DNA of 63,536 nucleotides, filler included, from Choristocarpus tenellus KU-1152 (lineage: Eukaryota; Protista; Phaeophyceae): assembly GCA_964200185.2 (NCBI GenBank). It is 12 parts of 12 records of this genome, joined end to end, with 100 filler letters (N's around TTAATTAATTAA, not from the genome) between each part and the next. Parts side by side here need not be neighbours in the genome. Positions count along the whole stretch, not along the records: positions 47,435 to 54,671 come from CAXNAD020006487.1; positions 54,772 to 58,507 come from CAXNAD020018234.1; positions 58,608 to 63,536 come from CAXNAD020012491.1; 9 more parts are not named here. One strand, given 5' to 3'. Positions 51,250-63,536 of the stretch are shown in pieces (position 1 is the first letter of the stretch; each line of letters begins with the position of its first letter). Both the position numbers and the translations under genes were made by a program. Under the pieces are notes generated by a model. That model was not told the DNA's origin, did no database searches, and saw only the letters and a list, made by a program, of their open reading frames with translations.

Positions 51250-51960
51250 ATGAAGTGTGTCAGGGATATCCTCTTCGGAGCCCCAACCTCTTCAGTGCAA
51301 AAATAAGCTTTACAGTTAAAGAAGAGATTAAACAGCAATGGGGTGTGAGGACAAACCCTTGATAGAGGCCTCGTTCAAATTTGAACCAGTCTGAGCATTT
51401 CCCAGAGTTCAGAGTTCATCTGTACACGAGCCGGCATTCCGACACGGAATCAATGAACAACCGAAATCAACTTATAATAGTGCACCAAATTTGGTTGGTA
51501 ACTGTCTGTAGGTCAGGTCAACACAGTCATACGCCCTCTGCAGGTCAACGAAACTCAGGCATGCAAAAGGGGACCTTCTTCTCTCGCCTTACTGGAGTAA
51601 GAGGCGTGGTATGAGCGTCATGTTGATGGTGGTTGGTCTAGGTCGGAATCTGGTTTGATCCTCTGGTAAGATTATGCCTTCCTGCTTAACGTAGGTTGTC
51701 ATATGCAACATTTTTGAGAGCTTTAGTACCATTTGATATCAGTGAGATACCATTCATTGTAGCTCCCACAGTCAGTCCGATTCTACTTCTTTGATGGCAG
51801 CATCCTTCCACTTCTGAGGTACTTGTCCTCTCACCACCATACAGTATGAACGATGTTGTGGAAGACCCGTAGGGGAAGAGTGTCTACATCAAGCCCCACA
51901 CCTTCAAGACTTCTAATGGAAGGTCACTTAGACCCACAACCTTTCAGTTGGTGAGGGAAT
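51250..51960 (-). mobile_element. Non-LTR (LINE, RTE-like) reverse transcriptase remnant
   Basis: In order on the minus strand: KVVGLSDLPLEVLK, WKDAAIK, GISLIS, LPEDQTRFRP, FVDLQRAYDCVD, SDWF..ERGLYQGFVLTP.LLFNLFF; frameshifted. Confidence 0.85.
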
Positions 51961-52371
51961 GTAAGGTACTTAGTCGATGGTCGGCTCATTTGAAAGTGGC
52001 AAGTAATAATGTAGAGGGAGGGTATTTTGGATGGATGAGTGGACACGTAACATACTTACATACTTAAACGCAACAAAAATGTTCCATTCCCCCTCTATTT
52101 TCAATTTCAGTTCATTAATAGTACTACTAGTTACAGTACCTCGTTTGGTTTCCGAAAATCGAAACCGTTTTTCCTCCACAAACATGTCTTGGACGCTGTA
52201 CTGAAGGATGTGGACAGCTCTAAGAGAACCGAACTTGGTTTGTTTCACATACAAACAAAAAAACTCCCAGTCCTGGTTCGAACGGGACTTGGAATGGCAG
52301 AACAACCATGATGGAGTGTTTCTCAGATCAAAACAACAAAAACACATAGGACAAAGAGTACTTCCGTTTAT

Positions 52372-53877
52372 ATGTCAAATCGCATAGAAGGAGGGTTATC
52401 AAGGGTGACCAGCATGGCAATGGATCGAGGCAAAGTCATCCTCACATTGGGAGTTGCTCTGACAACCATTGCGTGGATAAAGGATATGCCTTTTGCGTCA
52501 CAATCAGCGATCCAAAATCCCAACGTAAATGAGATGAACGATGTCCAATTCAGAGCGGGAGGAAGGTTGAGGGACTTGCTTGCCGACAAGCAGCAGTGCC
52601 CTCAAAGCTACCCCACCTATGGGCTGCTGGGCGACATGCTGGGTGCGTGGAATCCCAATGACCCAGACGTCCCTAGTGGTTTTGTGGAGAAACTAGAGGT
52701 GCGACTATGGCATCCGATATCTGATATATCAGGTCTTACGAGGCGTAAACCCAATCCACACTTAGCGATCTTGTACATCGGTTCCCCATGGCATAGCCTT
52801 TCGTAGTCAGGTCTTGTCTGGTGAATTATACACCCAGAGACCTCGTATGGTTGCGACCTTAAGGTATAGGCAGCGTTGTCAAAACACTGCATTTTCACGA
52901 GGGCGGCGTAGTGATGAGTATCCCTTACTGATCGGCAACGATGATGCGTATAGCCCTTGCGGGTGTGCTTAAGGGGATGGGCAAGGAAGGGTGGACGAGA
53001 TGAGAAACGCTCGACCTGTGAAGGAGGTAGGCACCCCGATATGGTACAACCCCAGGGCTGGGTAGGTGTGAAAAATATGTGTTCTCTCCATATACAATGA
53101 CAATAACTTGAAGGACTAGGTTTCTTGATCACTCCGGGTTGGCGCAAGGTTACATCCATTCATCTAAAACGATGATTATGCTTTTCCATCTTCAAAATGT
53201 TTGAAGAAAGGTGGGGAGGTGTAACACTTACAAAGATTCGTCGTTGATGAATTGGGGGTGAGAGGCACCTGGAAGAGATTGCATTGCCTACTGCCAAAAC
53301 GACATACTCATTGAATCAGTCGTGAGCGGATTTGGAAAGGTTTCGAGGCGCAATTCTTTTGCTGTACCTGCTCTCAAGCTGATTTTTAGGTGTAGGTGTG
53401 TGTTTTACGTACCCCTGAAGTATCAACTTAGAAGTAGGACTTCAGTCTGTGAGGCGAGAATACGATAGTTCAATCAGAGACAAACAGAACAGTGTTGGTT
53501 AACCTTGCAGTACAGGAAATTTGGTGGCGGCGATGGACACACGTGAAGTGTAACATTGCCTTGTTTGACTGCGTGCTTCCCCCCACCTCTCACTCCTGGG
53601 CATTCAGAAACACACTGCCTTATCCCTGTCTCAGCATCTGTCTGCTCTTAGTCTGTGGCTATCTTGAGCACAGCCAGAGCGTCCTTAGAAAAGAAAGCCC
53701 CTGGAGATTTTTTTTTTCTGTGGCAATGGATGTCTTCTTCCTTGTTCCTTTGGCTTGCCTCCCACTCACCACCCACACATCTTTGCCTGTGTTGCAAGGT
53801 GCTGAATTACTCAAATGAGGAGGAGAGGGCCAGGGCAGCGCTGCTTCGGGACTGTGAGATGCCATTCAAGATCTATG
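52372..53877 (+). CDS. First two exons of an N-terminally membrane-anchored protein (possibly JmjC/cupin-like family)
   Basis: 52372-52698 plus 53799-53877 in phase 0: VILTLGVALTTIAWI hydrophobic stretch, YPTYGLLGDMLGAWNPNDP...LE-VLNYSNEEERARAALLRDCEMPFKIY. The family call is tentative because the domain is not in the contig. Confidence 0.6.
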
Positions 53878-53939
53878 GTGAGAACCCCCCCGTTCCTGTG
53901 ATGTGTTTAAAGAGAGATTGTTTTGAGGACTGTTACTAT

Positions 53940-53940
<1 letters not shown>

Positions 53941-53982
<42 letters not shown>
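53941..53982. repeat. (CA)n microsatellite
   Basis: Direct read, about 21 units. Confidence 0.95.
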
Positions 53983-53985
<3 letters not shown>

Positions 53986-54771
53986 GGATGTTTTGTACTG
54001 TATTAAGGATTCAGCTCTGTTCATGTTAACTCTGGGAGCACCTTCGTCGCTGATAGCAGATCACAACAGCACCTTCAATACAGAGGGGTTGTGTTGGCCC
54101 TATCCACCGTTTAGGTGTTAGGCATCGAGAATGTTCGCGATGTTAGGGTTAGGGTTAGGGTTAGGGTTAGGGTCAGGGCCTTGTCCCGGCATGGTTGTCG
54201 ATATGCCTAAAGAGAGAGTAATGTATGAAATAGGTGGGGATGTAGGTGGCATTAGCTACACATGAAGTTGATGCTTTCCCCCAAAGTAAAAGGTCGATCT
54301 AAACCCCTCTCTATTAACCCCTGGTACCATTTTTGCTGCCTGCCACCCCCCTGCCCAACCCGCCTCATTTTGAAAAAAAAGAAGACGTAGCTATCGCTGT
54401 GTTGGGTAATTGCAACTGCAGTCAGGACATAACAATCTCAATAAATGCAAGCGTGTATAACCCATGGAGTGGAAAAGACTGGCAGCCGTTTTTTGATCCC
54501 TTGGTCAAATATGCTCCTCAGCTGTATTGATTCTATTTGCTCCAAACTACCATACCCAGTCAGCTACCCGGCCACAGGGAGGGGTCTCTTTTTTTTCTCC
54601 GGGGGGGGGGGGGTTTGCAGTCATGCTTTTAGGACACACGTGCAAGAAAACGCCTTCCCAGCCACAGGGAANNNNNNNNNNNNNNNNNNNNNNNNNNNNN
54701 NNNNNNNNNNNNNNNTTAATTAATTAANNNNNNNNNNNNNNNNNNNNNNNNNNNNNNNNNNNNNNNNNNNN

Positions 54772-54830
54772 CCAAGCCCCACAAATGGACAAACAGGGAA
54801 AAATTCGTACCCTCTAAGATAGTTTCACTC
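54772..54830 (-). mobile_element. MITE family B left end (contig start)
   Basis: AAATGGACAAACAGGG...TACCCTCTAAGATAGTTTCACTC. Confidence 0.85.
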
Positions 54831-57800
54831 AAACCCAACCTGTTACTTCACACACTGTAGTAAACTAGTGTATGGAGATACGTTCGTTATTCTGTACGTA
54901 CGACTCGACATCTTTATCTAATAATCCAAAACCAAAACATCCCACTGATCCTTCAACTTGACGCTTCACCCTACTAAGTTGTTTACTTTCCAGCAAATCT
55001 GACTTTGATGTGCTCACGAATTACCGATTAATGTAATTAACCTCTTCTTACGCTAATATCCTCTCCACTCCTCCTCAACCAATGTCCACTCCACTCATTC
55101 GATAACACACCAACTCTGTGGCCACTTTCCGCTTAACTACTTACTAACCAATAGATCCAATTGTCGTCGATGGTTTGGAATCACAAAACAATGCCGTCAT
55201 CAATAAGTGCTGCCAATTTCCGCCACAAAATTTCAATCACTAATACATTCCAGTCATCAACCTGTGCGGCCAATTTCTGGCACCTTTATCCAATAACCAA
55301 CCAATGCGATCGATTGTCACCACTGGTTTCCAGTCAAAAACAATCTAGTCATCATCAACTAATGCGACCAATTTCCGCCGCTGGTATCCTATCACAAACA
55401 ATTCACCGAATTTTCTTGGATGCACTCTCACACCAGTCCTCCCAAAACACCTTACCTCCATTTATGACACTCCACATTCCTTCACGGCACTCCAATCATC
55501 CTCTCCCATACTATACTGTCTTTGAAATAGGGTACATCTACCCTACCCGAGCATTACCTCCCTCTCCAATATCCCGCTCCACCGTGAGCCATTAAGAGGG
55601 TGGGAGAGTGGGAAAGAATTGCTCAAAAGTCACCTTGATCCTGCCCCCCCTTTTCCTCCTTCTACCCCAGCCTCTGACCTTGACCTTAATTGTGGCACCT
55701 CTTTATCCCTTCCCTTCATCCACTCAGTAGTCCCATTAGCGTTTCATTTACCAGTTCTGTCTAGAATGACCTTCGCTGCTAATCCCTTTCCCCCACCATT
55801 ATTAGTAGCCTTTTCTCTTCCCCTACCCCTGTATCATCTAATACCCCTGCAATTCTCAAGCTCACAGAACTCAAACTATTTCAAAACCTTCTCTTCGAAA
55901 CATCATCTGGCGAGTACATTGGAGAGGAAACATGTACCCTAAACCACAAAATGGGACACGTGGAAAGATCTGGATATCGTGGTGGGGAAGATATATATCC
56001 AATAGAATACACGCAAGAAGAGAGGCTGAGCGAGGAGTAGAGGGGCGACCAAACTCAACAAGTGACGAGAATGAAGGCACACAAGGGCAGTGCAATTAGT
56101 TGTAGTGGAACAAGTACTTCATCCAGTAGTTGTATATTGCATGATGTCACCCTTCTTACACACGCAATTTACGGCGTATTGGTTCTGACTCTTCAATACA
56201 TCGAAACACGTCCAAGCACGAGAGAATCGGGCGTTTTCTGTGTTCATAATATAGTATGTATGAAATTCCCTCCAATAAAGTGGAGAGAATAACAAAGGAG
56301 TCACACTACCTCTCGGATTAGGTGCTAAACCGAAAACGAAAGTATGGTTTCTACACCTTGTAATTTCAACGTGTGGGACGTCAAAATGGTCCTAAATTAC
56401 TGTGGGTTTCTGATATTCTCCGGAGTAAATTACATACATATATATACGTTCTCAACATCTTAGACCTTGCTTGTAGGATGGAATAAATAGTGTAGTGTTT
56501 ACCACCGGCATATATCTGACCATAGGTCAAAGGACTAGTTAGGAGTAGTAGTGGAGGAGTTCCACACTACTAGTAGCGATCACAAAATAATCCTGTTGAA
56601 CCTCAAAGAAAGATTGAACTAGAAACTGGCAAGTGACATACAGGGTAATTGGTAATAGGAGGATAAAACAAAAACGGCTACAAAAAAAAACAAAAAATTC
56701 CTCCACTTCCAACATGTCGGTTCAATCCTATCTATTTTTAAACCCAACACCTTTGCGGTGGATTTTTTTGGGAGCCTCGGTAAGAAAGCTTAGGACTACG
56801 TCAATATTTGCAAGACCCTGACTAAAAAAGGAAATCTGGTTCCATCTCGTAGCTTTATAGCCTCCTACCCCACAACCTGCTCGAAGTATAATGCTGAACA
56901 GAACAAAGTAACAATTGCATGTAAGATCAGTTGTGTTGTTGTACTGTTTCTCTGTTGCTGTTGTTGTATGAGAGATATTATCACGCTTGGGTGGTCTGAG
57001 GTGAGGTAGGTTACAACAAGAATAACACTAGTACAACCGCATTGTTGACTCAGCTGGTTAGCACCAGCAGTAAAACTTGTAGGCCAATCAAGCGGTTCAC
57101 GATTGGTACAAATAATATGCAACTAACAACGGGTGATTGCGAAGAAAGCAGGGCACACCACTACCAAACAAAAGGAGGGAATAATACACTACCCGCAGGC
57201 AGTCATCATCAATGAGGCATGCTGGCACGCATGAGGGAGGCTGTGCACGTATTTGTACCCTGAATACTACTACTACTCTCATAAGTGTTGCCCCTTGGTT
57301 TCCACCAACGTTGGGGTGACACCATAATCGATACCCCTACCAAAAGCATCGTGTATGGTACTGGACAGGCGGTACATAGCACGCACTGGCAGTGATAGTG
57401 ATTGAATTCTCATAGGTCTTTAAGGGTTGGTAGCTGCGCTTGCAGCATTTCTTTTGATCATATTGTCAATAATTGTAGATGTGTTCACTTCTGACCGATG
57501 GGGTAGTGGCGATGTATATATACTACTACTACAAAGGTTAGTGTGTGGCATATATAATCTTGTCCCGTTTGTTCTGAGTCATTCTAACTTTAAATGGCAC
57601 AATTTATACCCTTTCAAAGACTATTTACACCTTCTGGCTGACACCCAATCCCCATGGTTGAACTCAGCTAAGCCCCCTAGGAGACTGTGACTGTAGAAGA
57701 GGCAAATCTCGATCATATTTTCCCTTCAAAGTGCTGGAAGCGCGTTTTCCAGAAGGAAGTCACAGGGACCCCAAATGCTCAACGACACACCCCTCTAAGG

Positions 57801-58706
57801 TAGGATAGCTCAATAAAGACCCCTGATATGGTGTGTCTTACCACTTTGCTAACGCATGCCTCGTCAATCAATGTTAAGACCCCAAACACGGCATGAGACG
57901 AAAGTTGCAAGTGGAACAACAGATAGTTCGATGATCTCACTGAGAAAGGGAGACGACTCTTGCCTGACACATGGTAAAAGGGTGTGAGTTTTTACAAGAT
58001 GAGGATCACGTCACACCAATGAGCACAACACTATGAAAGGGTAATGAATCAAAGTCAAGATTTTGATCGTATTTGGGCGTTTGATGGTGACAGATTCCTA
58101 ATAAAGCAAATTGATTTGTTAGGAGGTAAGCGGTTAATAGTAGAAAGGTAGTGAACACCAACTTGGAGGCAAACTTCAAGGAGATAAACAAAATTTAGTC
58201 AAGTACGTTGTATAAATCAGGAGAAGGCACCAACTAAAGCAAGGCGAACCTGGTAGGAAAGAAATTGGCAGTTGCCCTGTGCAAGGATGGTCAGCAATTT
58301 GCCATCATAATATGTGAAGCAAACAATCAAAGTTGTATGGAGGAGCCAAGATCATGTTTGATGTCGACCACAGAGTCCCGCATCCTTCACGTCCACATTC
58401 GCGGATTTTGCGCGTGATGTCGAAACAACTTTTGAAAGACAGACCCGAGACATTTGCAGTGTTTCGTACTGCTCTTACTATGGACTCAAAGTATCTAGGG
58501 GGGGAGGNNNNNNNNNNNNNNNNNNNNNNNNNNNNNNNNNNNNNNNNNNNNTTAATTAATTAANNNNNNNNNNNNNNNNNNNNNNNNNNNNNNNNNNNNN
58601 NNNNNNNACGGTGTTGGTGCAAAGGTATCTTGGTAATCTAAACCCTCAATCTGTCGAAAAACCTTTTGCTACCAAACGTGCCTTGTATCTAACTACCTGA
58701 CCAAAT

Positions 58707-58884
58707 GGCTCAAAGTATCTGTGAGGGGGTGGCAGCTGTCCATTTGGGGTTTATTTTTTAATGTCGCGATTTTTGGCGATTTTATTGCATACGTCGGATG
58801 GTTACTGTAAATGCACTTTTCCTGATTTTGACCCTAATGGACACCATGCTGTAAACCCCCCACCCCTCCCAGATACTTTGGGTC
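58707..58884 (+). mobile_element. MITE family A, full length, 4-bp TSD AAAT
   Basis: AAAT-GGCTCAAAGTATCTG...CCAGATACTTTGGGTC-AAAT. Confidence 0.92.
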
Positions 58885-59399
58885 AAATTTGTTAGTCTTA
58901 CGCTTGTGAATCCATTTAGTGTCTATTGCCCTGCTTCCAGGGGGTAATACAGCCTCCACCCAAACATTATTCAACAACAAACCAGACATCTCTTCTGCTC
59001 TAGCTCAATACCATAAATCACATTCGGGAGAGCTACATGCTGCTCTTACAGTCTTGGGTTCTGGAGGGAGCTCATCCGCTCACACTCAATAGAATTATCA
59101 CTCGCACACATCACAAGGGTAGTCTCTATGGAAACAGACAAACGAGTCATAAAAAAAAATTGGACATGTTAAAAACAGTAGCTTTGGCGGAAGTAGGATG
59201 GTTGCCTGATCTGGTGCTGTGGGGAAGGATGTTGTCTTCACCATTTCCAATGCTGAGTCGTCGTAATTCTCTTTTAAAATGACTGTCCTTGGCCTCATCC
59301 ACCCCATCATCATCACCATCATTGCTATTCACTTCCATAGCCCTACTAGCAGAATGTGAAGAGAGAGAAGATTGAAAGCTATCTTCGGGATAAGTGCAA

Positions 59400-59720
59400 C
59401 AGACGTCAGAGTAACATGCACCCACTCATCGCGGCCAACATCGAAATTCAAATCAATCTTGCCATACCCCACAATGGGTAGTGATGTGCCATCAGCCACG
59501 GTCATGTTGTGGCCTTGTGGACATGTGGTGAAGTCATCATGTACTTAGAGTCTTTCGTTACACTGTTGGAAGCACCCGAATCAAAACAACACGTTTCGAA
59601 AGCATCCAATCTCACCTTGCCATTATCAGCCACAGTGGCTAACATGGTCTTGAACTTCCTAGATTCCCTAGCTGGTTCATCTGGTTCAGCTAAGTGACAT
59701 CCCGGTCATTAGCTATCGTT
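59400..59720 (-). mobile_element. Ty1/Copia protease-region remnant
   Basis: FDSGASNSV...MTVADGTSLPIVGYGKIDL on the minus strand, with a frameshift. Confidence 0.7.
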
Positions 59721-59839
59721 ACATGCAAGCTCATCCCACCCTTTGTTCTGCTCACATCAGTCCTATACCAGATGGTGCCTTGCATTTAAAAGGAGATGGG
59801 GGAAGACCTTCGCAAGTACATAACTTTCTTCCATTTAAT

Positions 59840-62800
59840 TAACCTTAGGGAACAAAACACTACCTGTTCAAGCAGTTGTTCTACCCTCTCTAGGTGTTGG
59901 CAAAATACTTTGGACAACAGTATCATAGCTGCGTTTGGAGCGAAGTTGGATTGGGGTAGAAAATAAATATATTTTTCTGGGAGCACAGTTCGCATTCCAG
60001 TCACTCAAGAAACCTCTCCTATACCCATTCTTAATCCACCAACCATCAGTCAATGTAATGTTCAAACTTTTTCAACAGACATGACGGTGGCTACAGTGTC
60101 AACTGAGTTCACCATAGTGTAAGATATAGAACACGTTTACCCCCAGGAACCGAAACTAATGTTTCATCGTGTTCTCAGGTCTTACCTGGATCAGTCAAAG
60201 ATGCTGTAGTGCCGCCAATTATCAAGATGAGCATGGACTTCATCAAACAGGAACATACCACTCTCCATGGAAATATATCATGGTCAGTCGGTCTTTAATT
60301 GTTTGGGAAGAGGGTAGATCTTGCCTAGTCAAAATTGCCAACCCTTCCAACCATGGTCTTAAGATACCTCCTTGATTTTTTGCAGGTCATATAGCACCAG
60401 TGGATTGAATTCACACCCTTTCTGAAGCACAGACCAGTGCCACAGCGACTACCCCGAACGCTCCAGAGGAGCCTAGACAAGCCCGTGATGAGTTAAAAGA
60501 GTCTTCGGTAAAAACGTCCTGGTGGATACAGTGTTATCTGATATTGAACAAGAAGAACTACTTGACCTTGTTACTAAATATCGACCTCTATTTTCACTCA
60601 CTTCTGAGGAACTAGGCTATTGAAATAATACCAGTGTTGAAGTTCCACTTAAACCAGGTACAGTTGCCGTGAATCGTCCACCATATCAGACTGCACCCAA
60701 AATACGTAAAACAATCCGTAGTTATGTGTAGGACATGGAAAATCAAGGAATAATTCAACCCTCCTCAAGTCCTTGGGCGTCACCGGTAACCATAGGGTTA
60801 TTACAAAACCTGATAGGTCTCCTCGATTCTGCGTAGACTTTAGGCTCTCATTGAATAAAAATTTGGTACGTAATTCCCGGCCGTTACCAACTATGGAAGA
60901 TAGTGTAGGTACACTATGGGGAGCAAAATATCTGTCATGTCTCAATGCTCAGTACCCACCACAGACGCCAGCGAACACCAAAAACCTGCCTTTGTGACCC
61001 TGGATGGGAAATATGAATTCAAAAGGCTACCCTTTGGTGTTGCCAAGGCACCATGGGTATATCAACGCTTCATATGAGAAACATTTTCAGCTCTAGTACC
61101 GAGTATGGTCTTACTGGTTTGTCTTGATGGCATTGTACTAGCCTCCCCAACATGGAACCACCATATCCAACTTCTTGAGAGCGTATTGTCGTTACTGCAG
61201 CAAGTAGAAGCTACCCTTAAATCATCTAAACCCCAATTTGACTCAAAATCAATTCATTATTTGGGACATGAAGTCAGCTCCGGTGGTATTGCTGTGCCAC
61301 CAGATCGAATCCAGGCTATTACCGCTCTGAACGCCCCTAAAACTGTGAAAAAAATACAATCCTTTCTAGTTCCATGAACTTTGTTAGGAAATACATTCCC
61401 CATTTGGCTACAATAACCGAACCCCTGGTGGCACTTACAAGGAAAAGCACATAAAAGTCTGGAAAGGACAAGAGTCTATCTCAACTATGGGAATGACCAC
61501 AGCAAAATTATTTTAATGAGTGTAAACGTCTATTAAGTATGGTGCCAGTGTTAAGCTTTCCAAATTTTACCAGAGAGTTCTTTATTCACGTGGACGCTAG
61601 CGATGTTGGCATTGGAGCTTTCTTGGCACAAAAAAATGAGGATGATAGTTTCCAAATTGTAGCCTACCATAGTGCTCTTTTTAAGTCAACCCAAAGACGA
61701 TATTCAGCAACTCAGAAAGAATGTCTGGCCATCATCCTTGCCATAACATACTGACGCCCATATATTTGGGGTAAGCACTTTACAGTTGTAAGTGATCATT
61801 TGGCATTGCGTTGGTTACATACACTGCAAGATACTTCCAATATGTTGACCAGGTGGGCCTTAGCCTTACAAGCTTTTGATTTCACAGTATTACATTAACT
61901 GGGACGTTTACACTACATTCCGGATATGTCATCCCGAACACGGTTGGAGGAATTTATGTTGGATGAAACACCACCTCCTCTAGCCCTACTGTGCCGCAAT
62001 ATAGGCCAAACGGAGTCGGATGTCTCAACACCCAAGGTTGACCCTGCATATGACCTATCAGTGGATAAACTAGGTGAGGTTACCAGGGTACAAAACGATA
62101 AGGAACTATTCACTAGCGCCGCTAATGTTTTCCCAGCAGTGGATCCTGAAGTACTATTCAAAGCTCAAAATGGAGACTACTTCAAAAATTTGACTAACCC
62201 AGGCGAAGCCCTTTAACCAAAAACGAAACAATGTATAAATAAATGTCTTACTTTTTCACACAAGAAATGGAAGGCAAGCAGTGTTATACAAATCGTATCA
62301 ACCCGATCACCATCGAAAGAACGATAAATCCCGAGATCAATTAGTGGTACCCACTGAGGTACAAAGCTCAATACTCCATGCCCTACATGATCATAAGGTC
62401 TGAGGACACCTTGCATTGGAGCACACCTTTGACCCGATTCGTGACCGTTTTTGGTGGCCAACTTTAATAAAGATGTCCGAGCTTGGTGCGAAACATGTCA
62501 ATCATGCCAGAGCCGCAAGACAACCTCTTCTAACCTATCAAACCCTCCAGGGCATATGCCAGTATCACGCCTATTTCAGAGAGTTGCAGTTGATTTGGTA
62601 AAGTACAAAACTCAATCAGAGAAAAATATTTATGTCTTGTCTGCTGTCGACCATTTTACGAGGTTTTATTTGCTTAGTGCCATCCCTGACAAACGAGAGG
62701 CAACTGTAGCAAAAGCATTAACAAAACGAGTGTTTTCTATTTTTAGCGCGCCAGAAACCTTACACTCAGATCAGGGTAAGGAAATTGAAAATAAACTGAT

Positions 62801-63536
62801 CCTGGAACTTCAAAAGATCTATGGATACAAGAAAAAAACAAACACTGTATCGGCCTCAAGCCAATAGCATTCTGGAAAAAAATAATAAGACAATGCATGG
62901 CATGCTAGCTATGTATTCCAATATGAAGCAATCGGATTGGGCGGCATTATTGCCTTTTGTGCAACTGTCTTACAATACCGCTTATAATACCACTGTACAC
63001 GAAACATCCTTTTATTTCATGTTTGGGAGACGTCCCACATTACCAATTGATGTCATTTTTGGAGAACCAGAGGCCATGCCTCTTTCTAGCCAGGAGTACA
63101 GTAAGCAAGCAGTGGATAATTTACAACTGGCATATGAACTGGCTGGACAGAATATCGGTGAGATGGCTTCATGCAACGAGTACAAGGCCACAAAGCACAC
63201 CATTTCTACTTTTGAAGTTGGTGCTAAGGTGTGACTTCAAAAACCTCACACTTCGGCAGACGCTCCTAAACCCAAGTTACTGTCCCCGTGTGGAGAGGAC
63301 CATATGAAGAATAACTCCGGTCTTCTACCGTGTGAAGGCGCAGGCCGACAATTGAGAAATTATTGTGCATATAGCACGACCATCCATAAAAAGAAGGCTA
63401 CCCTCCTGAACCAGACATTGACTCTCTCAATTCTTTTTTTTTGGTCAGGACAATACCTGAACCAGATATAGAACAAGGTTCGAGCGTTCAACCAATTTTA
63501 GGGTCATACTTTGTTTACGGCATTGCAGACCATAAA
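59840..63536 (+). mobile_element. Ty3/Gypsy LTR retrotransposon pol, decayed (RT-RNase H-integrase)
   Basis: GIIQPSSSPWASP, PRFCVDFR, LPFG, degenerate CLDG, YLGHEVS; RNase H IHVDASDVGIGA...YSATQKECLAI; integrase CQSC, VAVD, LHSDQG, YRPQAN..LE, WRGPY. Many stops and frameshifts. The 5' boundary is approximate. Confidence 0.93.

Noticed and set aside
54143-54178. True telomere
   Set aside because: Short and internal to the contig, with unique sequence on both sides.
56900-57700. Possible Copia RT trace (GIDYGVT) on the minus strand
   Set aside because: Single short motif, insufficient support.
6996-58607. Recurrent TTAATTAATTAA within N runs
   Set aside because: Artificial six-frame-stop linker. 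Adjacency across linkers, including the inverted orientation of the two element copies, has no biological meaning.

Overview
Eukaryotic, intron-rich genomic DNA made of 12 separate contigs joined by 11 artificial N-TTAATTAATTAA-N linkers, plus one 10-N gap at 49101-49110. The 18S rDNA fragment, TTAGGG repeats and gene content point to an ochrophyte stramenopile, probably a brown alga or close relative (inference). Spliced gene pieces were rebuilt by hand from GT-AG sites and frame phase: a CDF/cation-efflux transporter, an RGS-domain protein, a TTLL6/13-type tubulin polyglutamylase, an HMG-box protein (candidate for the brown algal male determinant HMG-sex/MIN), a sigma-class GST pseudogene and three unknown genes. 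Mobile DNA is abundant: decayed Gypsy, Copia and LINE elements, and two related MITE families sharing an AAAGTATCT terminal repeat. Top finding: an element present in two diverged copies (22156-25919 and 41833-44420) pairs a Sola-like transposase gene head-to-head with an intron-containing ParB/sulfiredoxin-fold (DGNHR) gene, separated by three ~250-bp tandem repeats. All family assignments rest on motif recognition by eye; no searches were run.
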